The notes under the pieces were generated by a model. It did not search any database, had not been told where the DNA came from, and saw only the letters and a program-made list of their open reading frames with translations. From a virus (taxonomy: Duplodnaviria; Caudoviricetes), in the IMG/VR virus record IMGVR_UViG_3300022309_000008, positions 1 to 50,754 of that record: a DNA stretch of 50,754 nucleotides. The stretch is one strand, 5' to 3'. The position numbers and the translations under genes are program-made. This document shows positions 9,323 to 17,841 of this stretch, piece after piece (positions within the stretch are counted from its first letter, which is position 1; each line of letters opens with the position of its first letter).

Positions 9323-9873
9323 CGCAACAACTCCGGGTACCACCTCTTAGCATCGGCTTCCCACAAATTTGAGAACCGCTCGACCTCGGCTTTCCATTCT
9401 TGCCATTGCCCGCCAACGGTTTTGTTGAGTTGCCACTTTGGGGCCGGCATTCCTGGCGGAAGTGACTGAGGCCAACGCTCCAGTCGCACCGGATAACATA
9501 CCGGGACGTCTGCATACCACTCAGACAGCGTCAGCTGGAACCACCACGGCAAGGTCCGCGATGCCATACGCTGACAGAACTTTGAAAACGTATCCCGGCT
9601 TTGGCTCCCGCGCTCCAGCCGCCAATGTTGCCACAATGACACCAATCGTGACCGAGGGTCTCTGACCGTGACATACACCAGCTTCCGCGATCGGGCGGGG
9701 ATGGTCATATTGTGCCACCCATCCCCGACTGTCCACACCCGAGACGCTCGCCCGATAGCTCGCTGTTGTGCCTCGCGAATAGCTTCATAAAGCGAAGTGC
9801 AGCCGGTCTTCGGCGCCGTCAGCATTATCCAGTCGTGCGATGCAATCACGTTACAACCGTAGCTCCCAGTCAT
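9319..9873 (-). CDS. Sulfotransferase family 2 protein
   Basis: 5'-PSB motif APKTGCTSL, 3'-PB motif VTVRDPRSRLVSLW, VRLE motif and C-terminal WEAD. Confidence 0.8.
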   Translation of the reverse strand: MTGSYGCNVIASHDWIMLTAPKTGCTSLYEAIREAQQRAIGRASRVWTVGDGWHNMTIPARSRKLVYVTVRDPRSRLVSLWQHWRLERGSQSRDTFSKFCQRMASRTLPWWFQLTLSEWYADVPVCYPVRLERWPQSLPPGMPAPKWQLNKTVGGQWQEWKAEVERFSNLWEADAKRWYPELLR

Positions 9874-10182
9874 ATTCGACGCCGTCGCACACCGCGCGCC
9901 CCATTAGCGGCGCTCCAACGCATTGCAACCACGAAATCACATCACCACCGCAATATCGATCGATCACATCGTCAATGCTGTTCTCGATTTCCTCATAGAT
10001 CCCAAGGGTTTCATCCTCCGTTTCCCCTGCAAGATCGCCACTCTCCCGTTGAAGTCGGCTTGAATATGCACCCGCGTCAGTCCGTGCCGACGGCACAGCT
10101 CTACGGCCTCGGCGACTGTGTACGTTGTGTAGTTGCCAGTGCTGGCGACTCCGGCGCGGTGCGTTGTCAGCGTTGCTTTCAT
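9851..10182 (-). CDS. Hypothetical protein, apparently split by a frameshift near 10025 (ORFs 9964-10182 and 9851-10096)
   Basis: Strong GGGGGAG RBS at 10182. Two overlapping ORFs can be joined at CAGGGGAAAC. Confidence 0.45.
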
Positions 10183-10183
10183 C

Positions 10184-10414
10184 TCACTCTCCCCCGATGA
10201 ATTTGATAGCCAGCCGCCAAGATGGCGTCCAGACGTCCATAACGTCGCTGCCCTCTCGGTCCAGCATCACATACTCGACATCCTCCTCACCTAATTGATC
10301 CAGAGCGACAAGCACATCGCCGCTGTCGCAGGCAACTTGGATGTGGACGATCTCATCCTGTGTGATGCTTCGGTAAATTGCGTTGCGAAGAATGGTTTGA
10401 TTCCCGATCCGCAT
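10184..10414 (-). CDS. Small acidic hypothetical protein
   Basis: 76 aa, tightly packed in the early small-gene cluster. Confidence 0.7.
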   Translation of the reverse strand: MRIGNQTILRNAIYRSITQDEIVHIQVACDSGDVLVALDQLGEEDVEYVMLDREGSDVMDVWTPSWRLAIKFIGGE

Positions 10415-10420
10415 TTCATT

Positions 10421-10681
10421 TCACTCGCTTATGAATTCTGTTTCGTCATACACCAGTTCGCACCAACTGTGACCATCCTCGTTGTGTCTTTCATAATGAC
10501 ACGGTGTGAGCATGACGGAATGCCACCAGTCTTTCGGTAACACCTTCTTGGCATACGACAGAGCGTCGTCATATCCCTCAAAACGTTTTACGACGTTTGT
10601 CGCTTGGTCAAGTAGAGCGTCACCGTCTTCATCCAACGGTACGCTGCTTGTCCACTCAACTTCATAAAGTGTTTTACTCAT
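10421..10681 (-). CDS. Small acidic hypothetical protein
   Basis: 86 aa with a GGGGGAG RBS. Confidence 0.75.
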   Translation of the reverse strand: MSKTLYEVEWTSSVPLDEDGDALLDQATNVVKRFEGYDDALSYAKKVLPKDWWHSVMLTPCHYERHNEDGHSWCELVYDETEFISE

Positions 10682-10717
10682 CGCACTCTCCCCCGATGAA
10701 TTCTGCGCCCCGCAGGG

Positions 10718-10912
10718 CTAGGCGAAGTATTTCGCCACTAAATGGTCCCACCATGCCCAATCATCCGCGGGATCGACCACCTCGACATCGTTGGCATAGG
10801 CAACGGTCAGACGGCTGCTCTTGTGGTTCAGCGTCATGGACAGGATACGGCTGCCGCTCAGCGTCACAGAGGTGATAGTTACGCCATCGATGGTTTGGGT
10901 GACTTTTGACAT
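10718..10912 (-). CDS. Small hypothetical protein
   Basis: 64 aa, with AAAGGTCA upstream of the ATG. Confidence 0.7.
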   Translation of the reverse strand: MSKVTQTIDGVTITSVTLSGSRILSMTLNHKSSRLTVAYANDVEVVDPADDWAWWDHLVAKYFA

Positions 10913-10934
10913 TGTGGATTGACCTTTGGAAAAC

Positions 10935-10957
10935 GGGGCAGGCGGCCAGCCCGCCCC
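10935..10957 (-). promoter_or_regulatory. YGGCC-loop hairpin H4, followed by GTTTT (terminator-like)
   Basis: GGGGCGGGC-TGGCC-GCCTGCCCC, a 9-bp stem with one G-U pair. Confidence 0.75.
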
Positions 10958-10970
10958 TGTGACCTAGTGA

Positions 10971-11216
10971 TTACTTGCTATTCTCGATTTGGTTCCGACA
11001 TTCCTTGACGTGTTCCAACAACCGCACCACATCCCCCAATCCATAAAACGCGCGGTCCAGCGGGTGCTCCTTGAATCCGCTACCAGGACGCTCAGCAAAT
11101 GGGGTCGTCAGATTGATACCGTTTTGCCCCGCCCAGATTTCCATATCGGCCAGTTCCGATCGCATTGCGTGCAGGCGGCCGATTACTTGTTCCAGCGTTT
11201 GGTTGTTCGTCGTCAT
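10971..11216 (-). CDS. Small hypothetical protein, first gene after early promoter P3
   Basis: 81 aa, with AAGGGTCA upstream of the ATG. Confidence 0.75.
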   Translation of the reverse strand: MTTNNQTLEQVIGRLHAMRSELADMEIWAGQNGINLTTPFAERPGSGFKEHPLDRAFYGLGDVVRLLEHVKECRNQIENSK

Positions 11217-11243
11217 TGTCTTGACCCTTGTTTTGAGAAGTTC

Positions 11244-11262
11244 GGTTGGCGGCCAGCCAACC
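11244..11262 (-). promoter_or_regulatory. YGGCC-loop leader hairpin H3
   Basis: GGTTGGC-TGGCC-GCCAACC, a perfect 7-bp stem. Confidence 0.75.
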
Positions 11263-11282
11263 CGTTCGTTTCATCTACGTGA

Positions 11283-11310
11283 ATAATACCACGGTTCAAA
11301 ACTAACGCAA
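11283..11310 (-). promoter_or_regulatory. Sigma70-like early promoter P3
   Basis: TTGCGT-N16-TATTAT with TGG extended -10 and an AT-rich upstream tract. Confidence 0.7.
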
Positions 11311-11393
11311 GTGGATTTGTGTAAGAATGTTGAAAATAGTTCTGAAAACCGTGTTTTTCCGGGGAAATATCGCCAAAATATTTTTTCGGAATG

Positions 11394-11720
11394 TCAAGGG
11401 ATGGTATCCGAAACAACCCTGATTGGGCGAGATGACCACGTCAACCGGCGCCCGCCAGTGGTGATCTGTATTTCGATTTGGGCTGGCTGCTCCGGTAGGG
11501 CCTGGGTGTCGGTACCATCCACCTCCACAACGACGATGCCATTCGGCCAATCGCTTTCCGGTGTTGCTTCCAACACGAGCCATGGGCCTGCCAACAATAC
11601 GCCCTCAATCGTCCGCAATGCAGCTTCCACGTTGTCGCCCGGGTCGATCGCCATGACGACTCCCCCGTGCATAATTTGGAATGGCATCCGCGCATCATCG
11701 CCTGTGTAGAGAATCTTCAC
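11394..11720 (-). CDS. Hypothetical protein
   Basis: 108 aa, GTGA overlap with the upstream gene and a GGAGGT RBS. Confidence 0.65.
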   Translation of the reverse strand: MKILYTGDDARMPFQIMHGGVVMAIDPGDNVEAALRTIEGVLLAGPWLVLEATPESDWPNGIVVVEVDGTDTQALPEQPAQIEIQITTGGRRLTWSSRPIRVVSDTIP

Positions 11721-13786
11721 CTGACCACCTCCAGAACAAACCGATCATCAATGATTTCTGTATACGCCACCGATCGCAGAACTTCCACCCAATGTCTGTC
11801 ATCGACGATTTGCAGCGGCCAATAAAATCTGCCTTCCTCTGTTCCCGAAATGGCAATTGCTATCGCAACTGCAACTCCCGGGACCAGCGTTACGCTGGCG
11901 ACGATTGACGGGGCAACGACTTCCGCAATCCCTACTGCTACAGGCGCTGTTGACGACACAACAACCAACGGCGCAACAGCTATGGCGGTGCATCCCGCGA
12001 TCCCTGGCACTGCTGCAATCGTGGCGTTAACCGTTGGGGCAATCGCTGAACCGGTGGCATTCCCCGCAGGCACAGCTACGGCAACCGGTCCCCCGATTGC
12101 AACTGGCGATATTGCCGCGGCACTTGCCCCCGCTTGCCCCACCTGCACGGCAATGACCGCCGAGGTCGTTGGGGTGACCACGGACGCTACCGCGCTGGCT
12201 GTTGGCGCTGTGACTGCAACAGACGTCGTTACCGTTGGCGCGACGATTGCGGCGCTCGCCGACGCGACAGGAACAATACCCGCCGTAATGGCGAGCGGAG
12301 GCGTTATTGTTGCCGCTGCATTGGCCAACCCGACTGATACTGTCGCAGTCGTCGTAACCGTCGGACTCGTCACCGTTGCCGAGGCGATGGCAATGCCGAC
12401 TGTAACGGTTGTTTGCGCGCTTATTGTGGGGCTCTCAGCGGTAGCGCTCGCAACTATCGTCGGGACAATCCCGGCTGTCGCCACTGACGGTGGCAGCACC
12501 GCACCCCCAGCTGTCGCGACAATGGGGCTGAGCACAACCGTACCAATCGCATTCGGCTGCACTGCCGAAGACGCCGCGGCCGCTATTGGCGGCGACAGCG
12601 TAACCGTTGTGGTCGCTGTGGGTGCGATTGCACTTCCGGCCGCTGTCACAACCGGCGGTTCGACAATCGTTTCTGACCCTGCTACAGCCGGCTGGATGAC
12701 CGTCCCAACACCAACCACCGCACCAACAGCCACCGTCACAGTCGTCGTGATTGACGGCGCCGTTGCGGATGCCGCGGCTGTAATCGCTGGCGGCACGACG
12801 AATGTCGTTTGGAATACCGTCGGCGGCTCGGCGGACGACGCCGCCGCCGCGATCCCAACCGCAACCGACAGCGACACTGTCGGCGAGATGGCTGCGGCGG
12901 CGGCCGTTACCACCTCCCCAACCGCCAGCGTTACCGTTGCCACTGGCGTCGGTGCGATTGTGGACGCCGCAGCCGTCGCCTGTGGGGGTGCGACGCTCAA
13001 CGTTGGCGTAACACTTACCGCTATCGCAGACGCGGCAGCGGAGGCGACAGGGGCCGTTATCGCCGTGTTAGCGATAACCGCCGCAGTTATTACCGAAGCC
13101 GCTCCCGATGCAACCGGCGGAAGAACAGTCACCGTTGACGTCACAGCCGGTGGCAATATGCTTCCCGCCCCAACCACTGTCGGGACAACCACCGTAGTCA
13201 TCAATGATACGGCTGGCTCCACCGCTGTCGCCGCTGCCGAGGCAATCGGCGCCACAACCGTCACCGTTGACGCGATACCTGGCGGAACGACTGACGATGC
13301 ACCTACAGCAGTGGCAGGCAGTGTTGTCACCGTCGCGATGACCGTCGGCGGGATCGCCGCACTTGTCGCCGCCGCTATTCCTGGCGTCAGACTGAGGATA
13401 AATGGAGGTGGCAGACTTGTCGCCGATGCAGTCGCAACTCCAACCGTCAGCGATACCGCCCCCGTGCTGGCCGGTGTGACGATGGTCCCCGCGGCTGACG
13501 CTATCGGTGCTGCTACGGTAACATTGCTAGTTATTGCTGGCGTTACAGCCGCGGCCGTTCCACTGACGACAGGCACCGTAACGACTCGCACAGCGATGAC
13601 AGTCGGGGCGATGCTCGCCGAGGTCGCCGCCGCGATTGGTGCGGTGACTGTCACTGCACCCGCGACAATTGACGGGGCAATGACGGTTGCCGTTGCCAGC
13701 ACATCGGCCGCAGTAATGACGGTCGGACCCTGGGTCCGCCGTTGCATGTATGGCTGTATCGGGATTCCGCGCCCAAGTCTAGCCAT
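11717..13786 (-). CDS. Ala/Val/Thr/Pro/Ser-rich repetitive fibre-like virion protein (689 aa)
   Basis: Many degenerate ~20-aa units such as VAPPIAAAASSAIAPTV, and a GGAGAGG RBS. Lies in a structural block. Confidence 0.75.
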   Translation of the reverse strand: MARLGRGIPIQPYMQRRTQGPTVITAADVLATATVIAPSIVAGAVTVTAPIAAATSASIAPTVIAVRVVTVPVVSGTAAAVTPAITSNVTVAAPIASAAGTIVTPASTGAVSLTVGVATASATSLPPPFILSLTPGIAAATSAAIPPTVIATVTTLPATAVGASSVVPPGIASTVTVVAPIASAAATAVEPAVSLMTTVVVPTVVGAGSILPPAVTSTVTVLPPVASGAASVITAAVIANTAITAPVASAAASAIAVSVTPTLSVAPPQATAAASTIAPTPVATVTLAVGEVVTAAAAAISPTVSLSVAVGIAAAASSAEPPTVFQTTFVVPPAITAAASATAPSITTTVTVAVGAVVGVGTVIQPAVAGSETIVEPPVVTAAGSAIAPTATTTVTLSPPIAAAASSAVQPNAIGTVVLSPIVATAGGAVLPPSVATAGIVPTIVASATAESPTISAQTTVTVGIAIASATVTSPTVTTTATVSVGLANAAATITPPLAITAGIVPVASASAAIVAPTVTTSVAVTAPTASAVASVVTPTTSAVIAVQVGQAGASAAAISPVAIGGPVAVAVPAGNATGSAIAPTVNATIAAVPGIAGCTAIAVAPLVVVSSTAPVAVGIAEVVAPSIVASVTLVPGVAVAIAIAISGTEEGRFYWPLQIVDDRHWVEVLRSVAYTEIIDDRFVLEVVR

Positions 13787-13812
13787 ACATCACCTCTCCC
13801 TTGCGTCGTGCG

Positions 13813-14325
13813 CTACACGTCTATTCCGACCCAACAGATAGCATTGCACGCAGTAGCAGCCTTCACCCGAATGCGTAAATATTCCAGATTGCTGAATTCC
13901 TTTTCGAAGCCTAGCGGGAACCGCTCAACGAATGGCCCATTCGGGATGAGCTGGTGACAGGCAAGCATCCGCGTAGTGGTAATCGTTCCTTCGGCCGATG
14001 CGGTGTAGCCCGTAGTGGACGTGCTCAATGTGAACGGGTTTCCGCTCGTCGGTGTATCGGCTTTCGGGTCAACGTTCTGAATCCCGCTCGCAGCGTGCGC
14101 CGTCACCGTTGCCGCGACAGTGCCAGTGGTAAGCAGCTCGGTGATTATAGGCGCTGCGGACGCTGCACCATCGAACGAGATCCCCCATTCAAACACAAAA
14201 CCGCGCCCGACACTGATCCCCAGTTTGGCCTGCAACAACGTCTTAATGGCTGTCCCAGTGGTTACAGCTACTTGCGATGCTGTCGTCGGCGCTGGGCCGT
14301 TGAATATCACATATCGTTCAGCCAT
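13813..14325 (-). CDS. Putative virion structural protein
   Basis: 170 aa, Thr/Ala-rich and beta-rich, with an AAGGAG RBS. Confidence 0.6.
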   Translation of the reverse strand: MAERYVIFNGPAPTTASQVAVTTGTAIKTLLQAKLGISVGRGFVFEWGISFDGAASAAPIITELLTTGTVAATVTAHAASGIQNVDPKADTPTSGNPFTLSTSTTGYTASAEGTITTTRMLACHQLIPNGPFVERFPLGFEKEFSNLEYLRIRVKAATACNAICWVGIDV

Positions 14326-14337
14326 CGGATCGGCTCC

Positions 14338-15498
14338 TTACCAGTATGCGGCCCGTTCGACGGCTCGCTGAAATAGGATCGGGTTTCGTGGATAAATTTC
14401 TGCCGGTGCACTAATCACAAGCTCATCATAGTACAAGTCGCCGCCATCCGTTACGACGAACGCCAGAACATCATTACTGCCTCTTGTGAATACATTTGCA
14501 CTTATCCTCGTTGTTGCCCCTGACGCGTCATACAATAGTGTCTTAGAACCAAATGCAGCCCCGTCGTCAGATATTGCATAGTATATGTCACCCGCAGTAT
14601 TATCTTTCCAAATCGCGTACACCTTTTTACCATAGACGGCACTCATAGGGTACGCTGGGCTTGCATGCCCCGATGCTACAATCGGCGTCGACACAGTTCC
14701 GCTATTTGTCCAAGTTTGATTGTAAACGCCTAACGTTCCGAGTTGTAATACATGGCCTATTACCTCATTACCGGACGAATCAAAATACGTACATACCGGG
14801 CTTCTGGCTGTCGACCCAGGAGTTAGGTCCGATCCGCCTATTTGATATGAGCTTAATGTGTTGGCATTATCTAATGCTCTATAACCGTACCAGTTGCTTG
14901 CTGATTGCCAAAATACCATGTGCATCTTATCCGACGCGCCGCGTCCGATTGCATATGGTTCTGCCGAATATTCCAATCCAGAAGCCGATACAGCAATATC
15001 CGTTACCCAACTGCTTCCCTCCCATCGTGCATACACTACACGTGCGAAGTTATTGCCCATGATTCGTTCGCGTGTTCCGTTATACAGGCAAATTCTATCG
15101 CCATCAGCCCGCATTGCGAATAAACAAAAGTTCCACCCCGCATTTGTAATTCCTCCCTGTATCGTTTCATTCACCGTGCCCCATGTGTTCGCCGAACCGT
15201 GGCTTGCACTACGGAATACTGAATATTCGGCATTCGGCCCTGTATCGTCATAAAAGGCCATATGTATCTGATCTGATAATTGGTAGGCCGCTCCGTACGT
15301 ATTACCAGTTCCTAGACTTGGTTCGTTCGCTGAGTCCTGTTGCGTCCAACTATCAACCAATGGATCAGTGCCACTTTTCCAGACTTCCGGTTGATTGCTC
15401 CCATCAAGGCACAGCACGTACACAGAGCCAGCGTCGATAAACGGCCCAGCCCAACCAGAGGGAAGAATATGCGACGTATTGATTTGCTTGACTGCCAT
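14338..15498 (-). CDS. Beta-propeller / BNR-like putative receptor-binding protein
   Basis: Trp/Tyr-rich beta strands and an Asp-box-like AISDDGAAF motif. Visibly more AT-rich than its neighbours. Confidence 0.55.
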   Translation of the reverse strand: MAVKQINTSHILPSGWAGPFIDAGSVYVLCLDGSNQPEVWKSGTDPLVDSWTQQDSANEPSLGTGNTYGAAYQLSDQIHMAFYDDTGPNAEYSVFRSASHGSANTWGTVNETIQGGITNAGWNFCLFAMRADGDRICLYNGTRERIMGNNFARVVYARWEGSSWVTDIAVSASGLEYSAEPYAIGRGASDKMHMVFWQSASNWYGYRALDNANTLSSYQIGGSDLTPGSTARSPVCTYFDSSGNEVIGHVLQLGTLGVYNQTWTNSGTVSTPIVASGHASPAYPMSAVYGKKVYAIWKDNTAGDIYYAISDDGAAFGSKTLLYDASGATTRISANVFTRGSNDVLAFVVTDGGDLYYDELVISAPAEIYPRNPILFQRAVERAAYW

Positions 15499-16223
15499 CA
15501 GACCACCGACCAGTCATTGAGGCTCATGAACGTATGCGACGGTACCAACGCCTTCCAGCCTTCGATAGTTTTCCAATTGAACACCGGATCGGCACCGGTC
15601 CCGAATCCTGGCTCCGTGACCATGTGAATCACTTGATCGAGAGTGTCGATCGCATCGATCCAGCCGGCGGCCTGAACTACCTCGGCATCGCTGAATGCCG
15701 GTATCAGATCCTCCGAAATGGCAACGTCGACGCCGCCAAGCACATTCTTGATTCGATTGCGGCTGCCGCCGTTGCTCAGATCTTCGTTCCGCACCGATCG
15801 AGAATGTCGGCGGCGGTTGCCAGGTGAATACAGCCGAGCCTTCTTTGTCGCACCTTCACCGGATGCTGGATTCAGACCGACAGCGGTGATCGCCGCATTG
15901 ATCTCGGCTTCGTCCGATTGGTCTTGCGTCGACTGGATGTATGGCGATGTGTCCGAGGTGACGATGTTTGTATAGCCGTAGGTTTGCTCAAGCACCTCGG
16001 CCGTCCATGCATAGCCGGCACCGATGATGAATATCCGCGTACTCGTCGGCCATCCGAAGATCTCTACCAACTTGGCTGCCCTGACTTGGGCGACAGGCAG
16101 CATCACAGCGCGGCAGTAGCCTAGCCGAATACCGGGCCGCGTATTCGGATGTCCTTCAGGCTCTCCGTTCAGATCGTAATCTGCATCGAAGTCAGCCTTG
16201 CTGTTGTACTGCTTGAGCGGCAC
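15498..16223 (-). CDS. Hypothetical protein with class I SAM-methyltransferase-like motifs
   Basis: IFIIGAGYAW (motif I-like), VTSDTS and VDVAISEDLI. Confidence 0.45.
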   Translation of the reverse strand: MPLKQYNSKADFDADYDLNGEPEGHPNTRPGIRLGYCRAVMLPVAQVRAAKLVEIFGWPTSTRIFIIGAGYAWTAEVLEQTYGYTNIVTSDTSPYIQSTQDQSDEAEINAAITAVGLNPASGEGATKKARLYSPGNRRRHSRSVRNEDLSNGGSRNRIKNVLGGVDVAISEDLIPAFSDAEVVQAAGWIDAIDTLDQVIHMVTEPGFGTGADPVFNWKTIEGWKALVPSHTFMSLNDWSVV

Positions 16224-16234
16224 AGCTCACCCGC

Positions 16235-16702
16235 CTATGTGCTGATTCGCAAGTTGCCGCCGGCGCCCAACGTGTTGAAGTCGAATGTTACGTCACCGCC
16301 ATTCGTTGGCGTATCGGTGACATCGAAATAGGCAATCAGGCGGCTTGTAGTGTCGTTCGCGCCACCCTCCTTGATCAGAATCATGCCCGCGATCGTTTCG
16401 CCGGCAGACAACGCCGTCCAGGTCAGATCTGCAATCGCGATATCAACACGGTTGTCCGTGTTGTTCGCCTGCATGGTAATCGTAGGCGTCTTGCGCCCGG
16501 CTCCGCCCCACCCTGGAGTGTAACCGCCGACGGTCAGTTCATGGTCGACCGCGTCGTTCGCGCCGCCGGCATCAACCACTAGGTCATCCTGGTTTGGCAC
16601 GTAACCGCTTTTCACCAGCATGACTTTCAGCGTGGTCGTATCGATGTCGATAGTTCCATCAAGGCATTCCTTCAGCCCGAGGTTGTACCAGAATGAGGCC
16701 AT
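16235..16702 (-). CDS. Putative tail/fibre-associated structural protein
   Basis: MASFWYN..IDIDTTTLKVMLV..LIAYFD..PTNGGDVTF is a pattern common in phage structural blocks. GGAG RBS. Confidence 0.65.
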   Translation of the reverse strand: MASFWYNLGLKECLDGTIDIDTTTLKVMLVKSGYVPNQDDLVVDAGGANDAVDHELTVGGYTPGWGGAGRKTPTITMQANNTDNRVDIAIADLTWTALSAGETIAGMILIKEGGANDTTSRLIAYFDVTDTPTNGGDVTFDFNTLGAGGNLRIST

Positions 16703-16745
16703 TTGTGTTCTCCGCTTTCTTGGGATGTTGTCCGCAACACTCCAG

Positions 16746-16775
16746 ATTGTGGAACAGCTGGGGTCCGGTAATCAA
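16746..16775 (-). promoter_or_regulatory. Putative late promoter L1
   Basis: TTGATTACCGGACCCCAGCTGTTCCACAAT aligns without gaps to 43766-43795. Confidence 0.55.
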
Positions 16776-16786
16776 GTCCCGCGCAT

Positions 16787-16837
16787 AAAAACGGCCAGCA
16801 CCCCCGCGACGTTGGCTTTCGGTGTGGGGTACTGGCC
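16787..16837 (-). terminator. Intrinsic terminator-like hairpin with a large loop
   Basis: GGCCAGTACCCC...GGGGTGCTGGCC, a 12-bp stem with one G-U, followed by GTTTTT. Confidence 0.65.
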
Positions 16838-16900
16838 TAGTCGGGCCGCTCTTTCGCCACCTGCACGAATCGGTCAAGATGGCAGCCCGGTGTTTCGCCG

Positions 16901-17290
16901 CTATTCCTTTTCGCGTTCGTGTTTCAGCCGTGGCAGACCTCGGTCAGGATAGCGGGCAGTCAGCCACCCATCTTCATCCGGGATCCTGTAATGGCTGACG
17001 TTGGCCTCCTGCATCGCCGCATCCAACGCCTCGGCCGCCGCTTTGCGGGCATCGGCCGCCTTTTTGGCTTTCACCTTGGCATTTGCCAAGTCCTTCATCG
17101 CTTCCTCGACTTCTGGGAATATTTCCGGACCCAGGCTTCCTTCACCGTCGCCAAGATATGCCTGCCCGCTTGGCTCGTGGGTTGCGACTGTTGCTTTGCC
17201 ATTCCTCTTGTGCCCTTCTGGCTCCTTCCTCGGTCGCCCTCTGCCCCTTGATCCCGTCGGAAGCTTTTCAGCTGTCTCTGTCTTCGCCAT
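16901..17290 (-). CDS. AT-hook-containing putative DNA-binding protein
   Basis: SRGRGRPRK motif and a helical Lys/Ala-rich segment. Confidence 0.65.
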   Translation of the reverse strand: MAKTETAEKLPTGSRGRGRPRKEPEGHKRNGKATVATHEPSGQAYLGDGEGSLGPEIFPEVEEAMKDLANAKVKAKKAADARKAAAEALDAAMQEANVSHYRIPDEDGWLTARYPDRGLPRLKHEREKE

Positions 17291-17301
17291 AGTTTTCCCT
17301 C

Positions 17302-17841
17302 TTAAATGACTGCCTTGGCCTTCAAATACCCGGTTTCATCCCAAGTTATCGCCACCGCCAGCGCTGACCATAAATCGCGCTTCAGCCCGTACAGCGGGCC
17401 TGGCGACGTTTTTTTGCCGACCGCATTTTCCCTGGTGCCGCCATATCTCGCAAGTATGGCTTGCGTAATGGCGGCATCGTTTCCGGTTGCACGCCCAAGC
17501 AGGTGCTTTTTGACGTCCATTCGGCTGACCAACACCGCGGGCCGTTCATAGACGCTCCAGAGTTGCACAAATCGCCCGATTTCGATCGCTGTCAGTGCGA
17601 CTTGGTTCGGGACGTAATGGCGTCCCGAGGTCGTCTGCAACGAATATGGCGGCGTGTATTCGATCGCCAGCGTCGTTGCGTCGTCATATCGACTCGCCAT
17701 ATCTATGATTTCCCGACGTATGTATTCATTGGGGCCAATTGACCACTCGATCGGCTGCCCACATTCATAGCCCACGCTTGCCGACTCCACGTAGCACACG
17801 ATTGCCGACTCCTCGGGTCCGGGATCGATTGCGATAATCAT
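17302..17841 (-). CDS. RuvC-like Holliday junction resolvase
   Basis: IIAIDPG, LAIE, DVKKHLLGRATGND and DLWSALAVA motifs. Confidence 0.8.
   Translation of the reverse strand: MIIAIDPGPEESAIVCYVESASVGYECGQPIEWSIGPNEYIRREIIDMASRYDDATTLAIEYTPPYSLQTTSGRHYVPNQVALTAIEIGRFVQLWSVYERPAVLVSRMDVKKHLLGRATGNDAAITQAILARYGGTRENAVGKKTSPGPLYGLKRDLWSALAVAITWDETGYLKAKAVI

Larger units (their letters stand above)
10179..10702. repeat. 25-bp gene-junction direct repeat (10179-10203 and 10678-10702; degenerate copy at 10416-10440)
   Basis: Minus strand AATTCATCGGGGGAGAGTG(A/C)GATGA, 24/25 identical, containing the RBS and start codon. Confidence 0.85.

Noticed and set aside
11850-13841. 663-aa plus-strand ORF
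   Set aside because: Antisense shadow of the Ala/Val/Thr repeat gene, whose codons rarely create stops on the opposite strand. The minus ORF has an RBS and fits the operon.
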